Made by a program: the position numbers and the translations under genes. DNA of 26,872 nucleotides, from positions 6,568-33,439 of the forward strand of contig CAZCNK010000003.1 in assembly GCA_964500345.1 (NCBI GenBank), given 5' to 3'. The notes under the pieces were generated by a model that saw nothing but the letters and a program-made list of their open reading frames with translations, did not search any database and had not been told where the DNA came from. This stretch comes from Candidatus Woesearchaeota archaeon. GTDB lineage: Archaea; Nanobdellota; Nanobdellia; SCGC-AAA011-G17; UBA489. Positions 1-8,075 of this stretch are shown here, one piece after another. Each line of letters starts with the position of its first letter. Position 1 is the stretch's first letter.

Positions 1-55
1 TATAAATCTAATCTTATTATAAATCTAATCTTATTATAAATCTAATCTTATTATA
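1..55. repeat. 17-bp perfect tandem repeat, (TATAAATCTAATCTTAT)x3 plus partial TATA; cut by the window edge
   Basis: Units at 1-17, 18-34 and 35-51 are identical with no spacers; overlaps the stop codon (51-53) of the minus-strand permease gene. Confidence 0.95.
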
Positions 56-1256
56 GCATATACAATATTACAGGAATTATTAATGAGGACATGAGGTGGT
101 TTTTGCTAATTCTTTTGAGAGTTGGGATTAAGCCGAGAAAAGTTGAGGTGAAAAGGACAAGCAGTCCATAAACTCCCGATATAAAGAAAACTAAAATGGA
201 GATAAAAGCAATGATAAAGAGGGAGATTTTTTTGTAATTTATTTTTGTGATTATCTTTGAGAAGATTTTTGCTATTTTTAATGTTAGAAAAGTTGCAAAG
301 AAAGAGGAGATTAAGGATACAGAGAAGAAGATTAGAAGATGAAGAGGGGTAATTTGATATAGGAGTTTTGAGATTGCAACTACTGAGCCATTTCTTGATT
401 TTTCTATAGTAAATAAAGTGATAAAGGAGATTATTGTTGAGACTATTGAGATTGAGGATGAGAGGATGAGAAATCTTTTTTTGGTGTTGATTTTTGTTAT
501 TGAGGTTGCGAGGACTGCTGCTTGAGAAGGGCCTATTGCTGGGAGGAATGAAAAGATTGAGCCGGTGATTGTTGAGAGAAAGATTGTGCTTATTGATTTT
601 TTGAATGAAATTTTTGGGAATGAGCTTTCTTGAGATGGAATGGAGAGATTTTGTAAAAAACTATGGAGGAGTATTGAAGTGCCAAAGAGGCCTGAAAGAA
701 GTGGGAGAAGAGGCTCTTTTAAATTTGGAAAATTTAATACAGCTAAGCCTAGAGAACCTGAGAGTAGAGTTGTGATGAGAGACCAGAATTTTGAATTTTT
801 TTCTCTTAGAATTAAGATTAAAGTTATTGCAATAAGGATGTAGGGAATTTTTGATTTTATTAATGGATAGACTGTTTTTATGAAGAGATATGCAGGATGT
901 GATAAAGAGACAATTAAGATTAGAGAAGAGAGGCAACTAAAGATGCTTAGGATTATTGCATGGTAGGCTTGGCCTTGCAAGAGTAGTTTATGGGCTGGTA
1001 ATGTAATTAGAAATGAATCTGAATCTGGAGCTCCTAGGTATGTTGAGGGAATGAAGTTTAGGAAGATGTGAGTAATTGACATTGAGATAATGATTATTGA
1101 GAGGAGTAATGGGGAGAATAGATCTAAGAGATATGAGGAGGTGACTATAATGAGGGAGGCAATTAGATTTATGTGAAGACCAGGAGTTAAACCTGTAATT
1201 GAGCCTAGTAAGGAGCCTAACAAGGTTGAGAGCAGAATTTTTATTAAGAGGATCAT
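51..1256 (-). CDS. Tripartite tricarboxylate transporter TctA / DUF112-family multi-pass membrane protein
   Basis: 401 aa, highly hydrophobic; N-terminal GSLLGSITGLTPGLHIN, FIPSTYLGAPD, a second repeat GSIFSFLPAIGPSQAA and RNG near the C-terminal half match the archaeal TctA-like pattern. Confidence 0.8.
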   Translation of the reverse strand: MILLIKILLSTLLGSLLGSITGLTPGLHINLIASLIIVTSSYLLDLFSPLLLSIIIISMSITHIFLNFIPSTYLGAPDSDSFLITLPAHKLLLQGQAYHAIILSIFSCLSSLILIVSLSHPAYLFIKTVYPLIKSKIPYILIAITLILILREKNSKFWSLITTLLSGSLGLAVLNFPNLKEPLLPLLSGLFGTSILLHSFLQNLSIPSQESSFPKISFKKSISTIFLSTITGSIFSFLPAIGPSQAAVLATSITKINTKKRFLILSSSISIVSTIISFITLFTIEKSRNGSVVAISKLLYQITPLHLLIFFSVSLISSFFATFLTLKIAKIFSKIITKINYKKISLFIIAFISILVFFISGVYGLLVLFTSTFLGLIPTLKRISKNHLMSSLIIPVILYML

Positions 1257-1400
1257 GAATTTGTTAATATTTTGAAATTAAAGAATTTAATTTAGGAAAA
1301 AGCGAAAAACATTTGATGAGGGGGGGAAGATTTTTGAGATTATTGGAAGAATTTTGGAAAAATTGGAGATTTGTGAAAATCTTTTGGATTCTCCGGAAAA

Positions 1401-1440
1401 TTTTTAGATTGAAGTTATTTTTTTTAGATTAGGGTTATTT
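1401..1440. repeat. 20-bp imperfect tandem duplication spanning a stop codon
   Basis: tttttagattgaagttattt (1401-1420) and tttttagattagggttattt (1421-1440); on the minus strand this reads KKITLI* then KKITSI*. Confidence 0.8.
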
Positions 1441-1780
1441 TTTTGGCTTCAATTTCTAAACTGTTTTGATATTGCTTAATAATACCTTCAACTTCTATTA
1501 TTGAATTTTTTTGCAGTGTTATGTTTTGATTTTTAAATGCGACTACTTTTATCTCTCCTGTATTATCTTTTAGTGTAAGAATTAGAACAGAGGGAGTATC
1601 TTTTATTGAGGCAATTGTGCCTTTTACTTTTACAGACTTATCTATTGAGGAGTTTGTTATTGAGGAGATTTGAGAGGATTCTAATGAGAGTTTTTCTGAG
1701 AGGAAGATTAGAATTAAAATCCCAATTAAAGCAAAGATTAATGAGACTTTTAAAAGAGTTTTTTCTTTTATTTGCGGCAT
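1424..1780 (-). CDS. Membrane-anchored OB-fold (nucleic-acid-binding type) protein
   Basis: 118 aa; one N-terminal TM helix (SLIFALIGILILIFL), then VKVKGTI...LTLKDNTGEIKVVAF...IEVEGIIKQYQNSLEIEAKKI, the typical OB-fold beta-strand pattern. Confidence 0.75.
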   Translation of the reverse strand: MPQIKEKTLLKVSLIFALIGILILIFLSEKLSLESSQISSITNSSIDKSVKVKGTIASIKDTPSVLILTLKDNTGEIKVVAFKNQNITLQKNSIIEVEGIIKQYQNSLEIEAKKITLI

Positions 1781-1790
1781 AGTTATAGAA

Positions 1791-1810
1791 AGATTTATAT
1801 CCTTTAAATA
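1791..1810. promoter_or_regulatory. Back-to-back archaeal TATA boxes for the divergent OB-fold gene and tyrS
   Basis: TTTATAT (1794-1800) is 24 nt before ATG 1825; TTTAAA (1803-1808) is 22 nt before the minus-strand ATG at 1780. Confidence 0.6.
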
Positions 1811-1824
1811 GTTTTTTGGTTTTT

Positions 1825-2910
1825 ATGGATATAGAAAGTAAAATTGAATTGGTGAAAAAGGTTGGAGAAGAGATAATAACTGAGCAAGAGTTGAGAGAAT
1901 TGTTTGAGAGAAAGAAAAATCCTGTTGCTTATGATGGATTCGAACCATCAGGGTTGGCCCATGTAGCCTTTGCAGTATTGCGAGCAATTAATGTAAATGA
2001 CCTAATTAAGGCTGGAATAATGTTTAAGTTGTATATTGCGGATTGGTTTGGATGGATTAATAATAAGATGGGGGGTGATCTTAGCAAGATTAGAAGGGTT
2101 GGAGAATATTTTGTGGAGAGCTGGAAAGCAGCTGGAGTTGATATGAGTAAAGTAGAGATTGTTTGGAATAGTGATTTAGCTGATGAGAGAGATTATTGGG
2201 AGAAGGTGATAAAGATTGCTAAGGGTACTTCTTTACAGAGGGCTACTAGATGCTTGACTATAATGGGAAGAAAGGAGGGAGAATTAAAAGAGACTGCACA
2301 GTATTTTTATCCTATGATGCAGACTGCAGATATTTTTCAATTAGGAGCAGATATTTGCCAGCTTGGTTTAGATCAGAGAAGAGCGAATATTTTGGCTAGA
2401 GAAATCGGGCCTAAATTAGGATATTGGAAGCCTGTAGTTGTTAGCCATCATATGTTGATGAGCTTGCAAGGAATAAAAAATCCAGAAGGTTATGATGAAA
2501 ATAAGGAATTAGATTTAGAGATAAGTAGTAAGATGAGTAAAAGCAAGCCTGAGAGTTGCATTTTTGTGCATGATGATTTTGATGTTATAAAAAAGAAAAT
2601 TGGAAATGCTTATTGCCCTGAAGGGGTTGTTGAGAATAATCCGGTGTTGGAGTATTGTAAGCATATTATTTTTAGGAAATTTAAGAGTTTTAAAGTTGAG
2701 AGGGAGAAAAAATTTGGAGGGGACGTTGAGTTTGCGAGTTATGAAGAATTAGAAGAGAATTATAGAGAAGGGTTACATCCAATGGATTTAAAGAATAGTG
2801 TTGCTTTGTATTTAGATAAAATAATAAAACCAATTAGAGAACATTTTGAAAAAAATAAAAAGGCAAGAGAACTTTATGAATTTGTTAAGAGGCAAGAGAT
2901 AACAAGATAA
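1825..2910 (+). CDS. tyrS: Tyrosine--tRNA ligase, archaeal/eukaryote-like type
   Basis: AYDGFEPSG..H (HIGH region), IADWFGWINNKMGGDL, YPMMQTADIF, QLGLDQR, SHHML and KMSKS motifs. The track start 1816 is a TTG; ATG 1825 fits the TATA spacing better (361 aa). Confidence 0.97.
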   Translation: MDIESKIELVKKVGEEIITEQELRELFERKKNPVAYDGFEPSGLAHVAFAVLRAINVNDLIKAGIMFKLYIADWFGWINNKMGGDLSKIRRVGEYFVESWKAAGVDMSKVEIVWNSDLADERDYWEKVIKIAKGTSLQRATRCLTIMGRKEGELKETAQYFYPMMQTADIFQLGADICQLGLDQRRANILAREIGPKLGYWKPVVVSHHMLMSLQGIKNPEGYDENKELDLEISSKMSKSKPESCIFVHDDFDVIKKKIGNAYCPEGVVENNPVLEYCKHIIFRKFKSFKVEREKKFGGDVEFASYEELEENYREGLHPMDLKNSVALYLDKIIKPIREHFEKNKKARELYEFVKRQEITR

Positions 2911-2927
2911 TTAAAAATAAATTAAAA

Positions 2928-3683
2928 ATGAGAATTATTAAAGTGCCTTATTCTAATGGCAGTATGGGAAGAAATTTGGGTTGTGAGAAGGCTCCTGATA
3001 GGATTGTTGAATGCTTAAAAGAGTTTATTTGGAGCAATGATAATGGTGAGGATTTAATTGAGAAGATAATGAGATTAGAGATTAAGGAATGCGATTTAGA
3101 TAAGATGATTGATGGAGACTTTTATCTTGGAGGAGATCACAGTGTAAGTTATTTTGCTTTTAAAAAATTTATAAGTTCTGGCAAATTTAAAAATCCTGGA
3201 CTGGTTGTGTTTGATTCTCATCCTGATGTTTTTGAAATTGATGGCAAGATAAGCCATGAGGATTGGATTAAGCATTTGATAGATGAGAATGTTTTGAGAG
3301 AAGAGAATGTTATTGTTATTGGACTGAGGAATTGTGATTGGAGTGAGTTGGAGTATTACAAAGAGAAAAAAGTAAAGTACTTTATGATGAAAGAGGTTTT
3401 TGAGAATAGGGAGAATGTTTGCGATGTTGTAATGGAGAAGGCTAGAGAGTTTGATGGTTTTTATTTAAGTGTTGATATTGATGTTTTAGATCCAAGTTGT
3501 GCACCTGGAACTGGATACTTGGAGCCAGGGGGAATGCAAACAAGAGAATTACTTTATTTTTTGAGCAGATTAAGGTTGCTGAGGAATTTAAAGAGAGTAG
3601 ATGTTGTCGAGGTAAATCCTGATAAAGATATAAATGGAATGACTGTGAAGAATGCAGCAAAAATAATCGGAGAGTTGTTATGA
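2928..3683 (+). CDS. Arginase/agmatinase (ureohydrolase) family metalloenzyme
   Basis: All binuclear Mn ligand motifs are present: GGDHS, DSHPD, SVDIDVLDP, PGTG...EPGG, DVVEVNP. Substrate cannot be assigned from sequence. Confidence 0.92.
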   Translation: MRIIKVPYSNGSMGRNLGCEKAPDRIVECLKEFIWSNDNGEDLIEKIMRLEIKECDLDKMIDGDFYLGGDHSVSYFAFKKFISSGKFKNPGLVVFDSHPDVFEIDGKISHEDWIKHLIDENVLREENVIVIGLRNCDWSELEYYKEKKVKYFMMKEVFENRENVCDVVMEKAREFDGFYLSVDIDVLDPSCAPGTGYLEPGGMQTRELLYFLSRLRLLRNLKRVDVVEVNPDKDINGMTVKNAAKIIGELL

Positions 3684-4195
3684 GATTATTTATTGGCTTT
3701 GATGTTCCTGAAGAAAGAATAAAAGAGATAAATGAGAAAATTGAAGATAAAGGGATAAAGAGAACTAAAGAGTTTCATTGCACTTTGAAATTTCTGGGAG
3801 AGGTTGAAGATGAAAAAGTGAGAGGTATAGTAGAGAGATTAAAAAGAATAAAGTTTAAAAAATTTTATGTTGAACTTGGGAACGTTGGGTTTTTTCCAAA
3901 TGAAGATTATATTAAAGTAATATATCTTGAGATATTAGGACAGGAAGTCAATAAGTTAAGGGAGGAAATAGAAAAATCTCTTGAGGGTATTTTTCCTAGA
4001 GAGGAGAGATTTAAGGCTCATGTTACTCTTGGAAGGGTGAAATTTATTGAGAATAAAGAGGAATTAAAAGAAATAAAGAAATTGGGAGGGGAGAGGGAGA
4101 GGTATTTGATTGATAGTTTTAAATTAGTGAAAAGTGAGTTGAGGAGAGAAGGTCCTTTTTATGAGAATATTGAAGTTTTTAAAAGTCAAGATTGA
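3680..4195 (+). CDS. thpR: RNA 2',3'-cyclic phosphodiesterase (2'-5' RNA ligase, 2H family)
   Basis: MRLFIG start, two HxT motifs (FHCTLKFLG, AHVTLGR), C-terminal L.KSEL...GP.Y; ATGA overlap with the upstream gene. Confidence 0.93.
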   Translation: MRLFIGFDVPEERIKEINEKIEDKGIKRTKEFHCTLKFLGEVEDEKVRGIVERLKRIKFKKFYVELGNVGFFPNEDYIKVIYLEILGQEVNKLREEIEKSLEGIFPREERFKAHVTLGRVKFIENKEELKEIKKLGGERERYLIDSFKLVKSELRREGPFYENIEVFKSQD

Positions 4196-4259
4196 ATTTC
4201 ATTATATATAATAAAAAGCAATAATTTTTATTAAATAGTGAATATTAATTGTTTTTTTA

Positions 4260-4724
4260 ATGTCTATTTCAGTAGAATTGGAGAAAGAAGGTCTAGAAAA
4301 AAGATTGAAAGATTTTATAGGTAATGTTCTTGGAATTCTTAAGGGATTAAATTTTGAAGCTGAGGAGCAGCCTTATGAAAGGGTTGTTGATGGATTGGCT
4401 AGAGTTTATGGTGTTAGTGAAAGAGATAGATGGAAAATTGAGAGGATATGGAGAGGGGTATATAATGTAATTGCTGTAGGAGATATTAAATACAGGAGTA
4501 TAGATGTTTTTTCTAGGATGAATGAAAAGAGATGGATAAGAGTAAAGGAGCTTAGTGCTGAGGAAATTTTAAGAGGAGTAATAGAAGAACAGGAAATGAG
4601 AGTTGAAAGAGCGAAGTTAGAAAGAGCTAAAAAAGATAAGGGAGAGAGGTATAATGGGATGATAGAGGGCAAGGAAGAATATAGAGGGCTGTATCTATTT
4701 CAATTTTTTGATGGTATTCTTTAG
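4260..4724 (+). CDS. Hypothetical protein (charged, helical)
   Basis: 154-aa ORF fills the gap with plus-strand-typical G/A-rich codons; no motif recognised; 4-nt convergent overlap with the ERCC4 gene. Confidence 0.55.
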   Translation: MSISVELEKEGLEKRLKDFIGNVLGILKGLNFEAEEQPYERVVDGLARVYGVSERDRWKIERIWRGVYNVIAVGDIKYRSIDVFSRMNEKRWIRVKELSAEEILRGVIEEQEMRVERAKLERAKKDKGERYNGMIEGKEEYRGLYLFQFFDGIL

Positions 4725-5383
4725 AAATACTTTTCATCTAGGACTTTTCTTATTTGAGATGCTTTTATTTTTCCAATTTTTTCTACTTTTTCTAATTGTT
4801 TATGTTTTGCATTTATTATTTTTTTAACGGTTTTGAATTTTTTTAGCAATGACTTGGAGAGTGTTGAACCTATTCCTGGTAATGTTTCAATAATTAATTC
4901 TTGTTGCTCTTTTATGGAAAGAGGTTTTCTTTTTTTTAGCAGATTAATATTTCTTCTTGGATTTTCTAGTCTTTTTGCTATTATTGAAATCAATGAAGCG
5001 GTGTCTCTGAAGTTTTTTGTGTGGAGCATTGGAATTTGAAAGTCTATTGCGATTGAGGCTAACATGCCACGGATTGAGTTCGGGTGGAAATTTCTGAGAG
5101 TGTAAATGTTATCTGAGCCTTCAATTATCAAGAGAGGAATTTGGAAATTTTCTTTTAGGAGAATAAGTTGAGAGATTATTCTTTTATCAATTATTGAATT
5201 TAGAAAATCATTTTGGGTTTTCTTTTCTATGCCAACTAGGATTTCATTATTTTCATGATTTGTGCTTGAAATAATAAAGTCTGCTGTAACTAGGTTTTTT
5301 ACTTCTATGTCAAGACCTTTTTTTGCAAGTTCTTTTATTATTCCTGAGCTGCGTTCACGATGATCTATGATGACTTTTGGCAT
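4721..5383 (-). CDS. hef: ERCC4/XPF-family nuclease with C-terminal HhH2 (Hef nuclease half)
   Basis: IIDHRE start, ADF...IEKKTQNDF..SIID.R (GD..ERK...D motif variant), LLIIEG, HhH motifs LPGIG and VEKIGKIKA. Confidence 0.9.
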   Translation of the reverse strand: MPKVIIDHRERSSGIIKELAKKGLDIEVKNLVTADFIISSTNHENNEILVGIEKKTQNDFLNSIIDKRIISQLILLKENFQIPLLIIEGSDNIYTLRNFHPNSIRGMLASIAIDFQIPMLHTKNFRDTASLISIIAKRLENPRRNINLLKKRKPLSIKEQQELIIETLPGIGSTLSKSLLKKFKTVKKIINAKHKQLEKVEKIGKIKASQIRKVLDEKYF

Positions 5384-5392
5384 TTTAGCATT

Positions 5393-6928
5393 TTAGATTA
5401 GAGTTTTTTGAGTTTTTTGCTCTTCTTGATTTTCCAAAGTGATTTCGTTTTGAAGTTGCATTTGCCTTAAAGTTTTCTTCATAACATTTTCTTTTCTTTT
5501 TGCTGACCAGAAATATACCTGGTCGCGACCGGTTTTTGTGAGCAGGAGAATTATTTTCCCGGGCTTAGTTCTTGCTACACGACCTGAGCGCTGGATTGAT
5601 CTGATTTCTGATGGTACGGCGTCATAGAATATACAAATGTCTAGAGAGCCAATTGAAAGTCCCTCTTCACCTATTGAGGTTGCTACCAAAACATTAAAGA
5701 TGTTTTGTTCGAATTTTTGGATGGTTTCAATTTGTTTTTTTTGAGATAGGCCTTCTTTTTGACCTATTAGCTTGATTGGTTTTACTTGGGAGATAGAGGA
5801 TAATAAGTTGACAATCTCTTCTACTGTATTTCTATAGTTTGCGAATATCATTATTTTTGATTCTGGATTTGAAGCAATTTGAGATTTTATGAATTCTTTT
5901 AACTTTTCCAGCTTTGGGTGTATTATGTTTTGATTTTTAAGATCATTTATTTTTTTGATTGCGAGAGAGATGTTTTTTTCTTTTGTAATTATTCTTGAGG
6001 CTTTTGAGCTTTCTTGAGACATCTTTTGGAAGAAATCTAGAGGAGAGTTTAGAGATTGAGTTTCTAATAGTTCTAGGAGATGTGATACTTTTAGGCATTG
6101 AGCAACAAGGGAAGAGCCCCAAAATGCCCTCATATCTCTTTTTTTAATTTGGGACTGAAAGTATTTTTGCATTTGGAGAAGATCTTTTTTGTTTATTAAA
6201 TTGGATGGCTTGTGAAGCCCGAATTTTCTTAATGAGGAAACTTTTTCTTGGTAAACTTTTTTGATGAGAGAGTGAATTTCTAATAAGGACGGAGGAAGTT
6301 CGACAGTAATGTATTCTGTTTCTTTTTTTTGGACGTATGGGATTACGTCTTGGTCTTGTTCTGTTTTTATTTCTACGGATTCTATGTTAAGGTTTGAGCA
6401 GATTTCATTTATTTTTTCTTTTGTTGAGCCTGGAGAGGCTGTTAGAGCAAGAATTCTCGGGCATTTTGACTGTTGAAAGTAGATTTTTGCTATTTTTGTG
6501 TTTGCAAATTTTTGCCTTGAGCGATGGCATTCATCAATGCAGAGCATGCTTACATCATCTAGCGAGATTTTATTAGAAGCTAAGTCATTCTCTATGGTTT
6601 GTGGGGTTGCAGCTATGACCTTTGAGATTTGCCAAAATTTTTTTCTTTCTTCTGGAGGTAAAGCTCCTGTAAGGACTGAAACTAAAGCAGGATTTATTGT
6701 TGTTGAAGATTTGAATTCTTCTGCAATTTGATTTGTTAATGGTTTTGTCGGAGAGCAGATTAAAACTTTTGAATCTGGAAATTTATTTAAACGATCAATA
6801 GCAAGCATAATTGCAATTTTTGTTTTTCCTGTTCCTGTTGGCAAGCAAGCTAGAGTGTTTGATTTTTTAGATGTTTCTAATATACTTAATTGGTATGCTC
6901 TTGGAGTGAAGTTTTTGATTTCTAGCAT
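5393..6928 (-). CDS. hef: SF2 DEAH helicase, Hef/FANCM/Mph1 family (Hef helicase half)
   Basis: PRAYQ, LPTGTGKT (motif I), PTKPL, TPQ, DECHR (II), LTASPGS (III), HPKL, ATSIGEEGL (V), QRSGRVAR (VI). Confidence 0.93.
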   Translation of the reverse strand: MLEIKNFTPRAYQLSILETSKKSNTLACLPTGTGKTKIAIMLAIDRLNKFPDSKVLICSPTKPLTNQIAEEFKSSTTINPALVSVLTGALPPEERKKFWQISKVIAATPQTIENDLASNKISLDDVSMLCIDECHRSRQKFANTKIAKIYFQQSKCPRILALTASPGSTKEKINEICSNLNIESVEIKTEQDQDVIPYVQKKETEYITVELPPSLLEIHSLIKKVYQEKVSSLRKFGLHKPSNLINKKDLLQMQKYFQSQIKKRDMRAFWGSSLVAQCLKVSHLLELLETQSLNSPLDFFQKMSQESSKASRIITKEKNISLAIKKINDLKNQNIIHPKLEKLKEFIKSQIASNPESKIMIFANYRNTVEEIVNLLSSISQVKPIKLIGQKEGLSQKKQIETIQKFEQNIFNVLVATSIGEEGLSIGSLDICIFYDAVPSEIRSIQRSGRVARTKPGKIILLLTKTGRDQVYFWSAKRKENVMKKTLRQMQLQNEITLENQEEQKTQKTLI

Positions 6929-6989
6929 TTTTTGGTTTTTTATGATTTTGGGGGCAAGGTTTAAATAAGTAACTTTAGGATTTGTTTTT

Positions 6990-7253
6990 ATGATTTTAAA
7001 ACTATTTGGTATCTTGGATATTATAGCTGGAGTTGTGCTTGCTTTGACTTATTTTGGCATTGGTGATGGAGCAGGAGTTTTTTTCGGGATTTATTTAATT
7101 GGAAAGGGGTTGATGTTTATAAATAATATTGTTAGCATAATAGATATAATTGCTGGGGTTGCTTTATTAATAACTGTTTTTTATGGGGAGAGTGTGTTTA
7201 TCTGGATTTTTGTTTTATGGCTGATTCAGAAAGGGTTTTTTAGTGTGTTGTGA
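6990..7253 (+). CDS. Small membrane protein with an internal duplication
   Basis: 87 aa, hydrophobic; ILDIIAGVVL and IIDIIAGVAL repeats; TTTAAATA about 23 nt upstream. Confidence 0.75.
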   Translation: MILKLFGILDIIAGVVLALTYFGIGDGAGVFFGIYLIGKGLMFINNIVSIIDIIAGVALLITVFYGESVFIWIFVLWLIQKGFFSVL

Positions 7254-7326
7254 TTTTTGATAGTTATTGGATAGTGATAAATCAAAAGAGTTATAAAGGG
7301 GTTATGCAATCTAGAATAGGATAAAA

Positions 7327-7944
7327 ATGGCTAGTCAAACAAAAGCAAGATATAGGGTATTAACTTTGGATGATGTTGCTGCTGATAGTGGAAAGTATAG
7401 AACACAAGAAGAGTGGAGTAAATGGTTTAATAAGCATAATAGAATAATGGCGTCTGCTCCAGATGTATATCAGGCTGGAAAAAGCGGTTCTAATAAACTA
7501 TTAAGAGGACTTCGTGAAGATTTTGAATTAGGAGTTGTGACAAGTACCAGAATAGAATATAATCCAGATGATTTACATGCTAGGATAACACATTATGTTG
7601 GTAGTAGGGTTAAAAATCCAGTTCAATCTAGGGGAATTGTAGTTCCTGTTTATCTTAATGAATCAATAGAAAGGGTACTTAGAGAAGAGGAAGGTTTGTT
7701 GTACCTACAAACTTTATTTAATACAAATGATAAGGCTGAGGAGATTGTAGATATTCTTGAAAATTTAAGAAAAAAAGAAGATAATAGAATTTGGACTCTA
7801 GATCAAGAAGATAGAAGAGATTATATGGAAGGGGCGACCTTCTTCCTCTCCGGTTGTGGTGAGTTTCTTATCGTTGGCGACGCCCTAGTTGGTGGCCTCA
7901 ATGGGCGCTCTCGTGGATGCCAAGAAAATTTACAGAGGAAATGA
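7327..7944 (+). CDS. Hypothetical protein, candidate DGR variable (target) protein
   Basis: 205 aa, no signal peptide; C-terminus GATFFLSGCGEFLIVGDALVGGLNGRSRG has the Gly/aromatic-rich, GxSRG-ending form recalled for archaeal DGR C-type-lectin-fold targets, and its DNA shifts abruptly in composition. Confidence 0.8.
   Translation: MASQTKARYRVLTLDDVAADSGKYRTQEEWSKWFNKHNRIMASAPDVYQAGKSGSNKLLRGLREDFELGVVTSTRIEYNPDDLHARITHYVGSRVKNPVQSRGIVVPVYLNESIERVLREEEGLLYLQTLFNTNDKAEEIVDILENLRKKEDNRIWTLDQEDRRDYMEGATFFLSGCGEFLIVGDALVGGLNGRSRGCQENLQRK
7834..7920 (+). other. Putative DGR variable region (VR)
   Basis: Hand count: 87 nt contain 8 A and 51 G+C (about 59% GC, far above the surrounding DNA); 24 of 29 codons end in C/T. 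No matching template repeat was seen in the window. Confidence 0.65.
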
Positions 7945-8075
7945 AGGTATTGTAAATTGAGGAAAAGTTAGAGTAGTTAAGAAAAGAATTATTAAGATTT
8001 TATTTCTCTAAAAGGATTGAATCTGAACTTTTGAATTGCGGAAAGTATATAAACTATACTCCTCCATACTACTAT

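Noticed and set aside
1-55. CRISPR array
   Set aside because: The 17-bp units are contiguous with no spacers and no cas genes are present.
640-936. ORFs 640..843 (+) and 661..936 (-)
   Set aside because: Shadow frames inside the permease gene with no motifs.
1300-1330. Origin recognition box suggested by the G7 run (1320-1326); similar G6 at 16417-16422
   Set aside because: No TTCCAGTGGAAAC-like core, no repeated inverted boxes, no orc1/cdc6 nearby.
4201-4233. AT-only palindrome (4201-4212) and 9-bp inverted repeat (4209-4233)
   Set aside because: Pure A/T sequence, expected by chance in this intergenic composition.
5393-5410. PCNA-interacting (PIP) box at the helicase C-terminus (QKTLI)
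   Set aside because: Lacks the aromatic pair of QxxLxxFF; too weak to call.
3442-6731. ORFs 3442..3660, 4406..4672, 4833..5039, 6394..6576, 6498..6731
   Set aside because: Antisense or alternate-frame shadows of well-supported genes.
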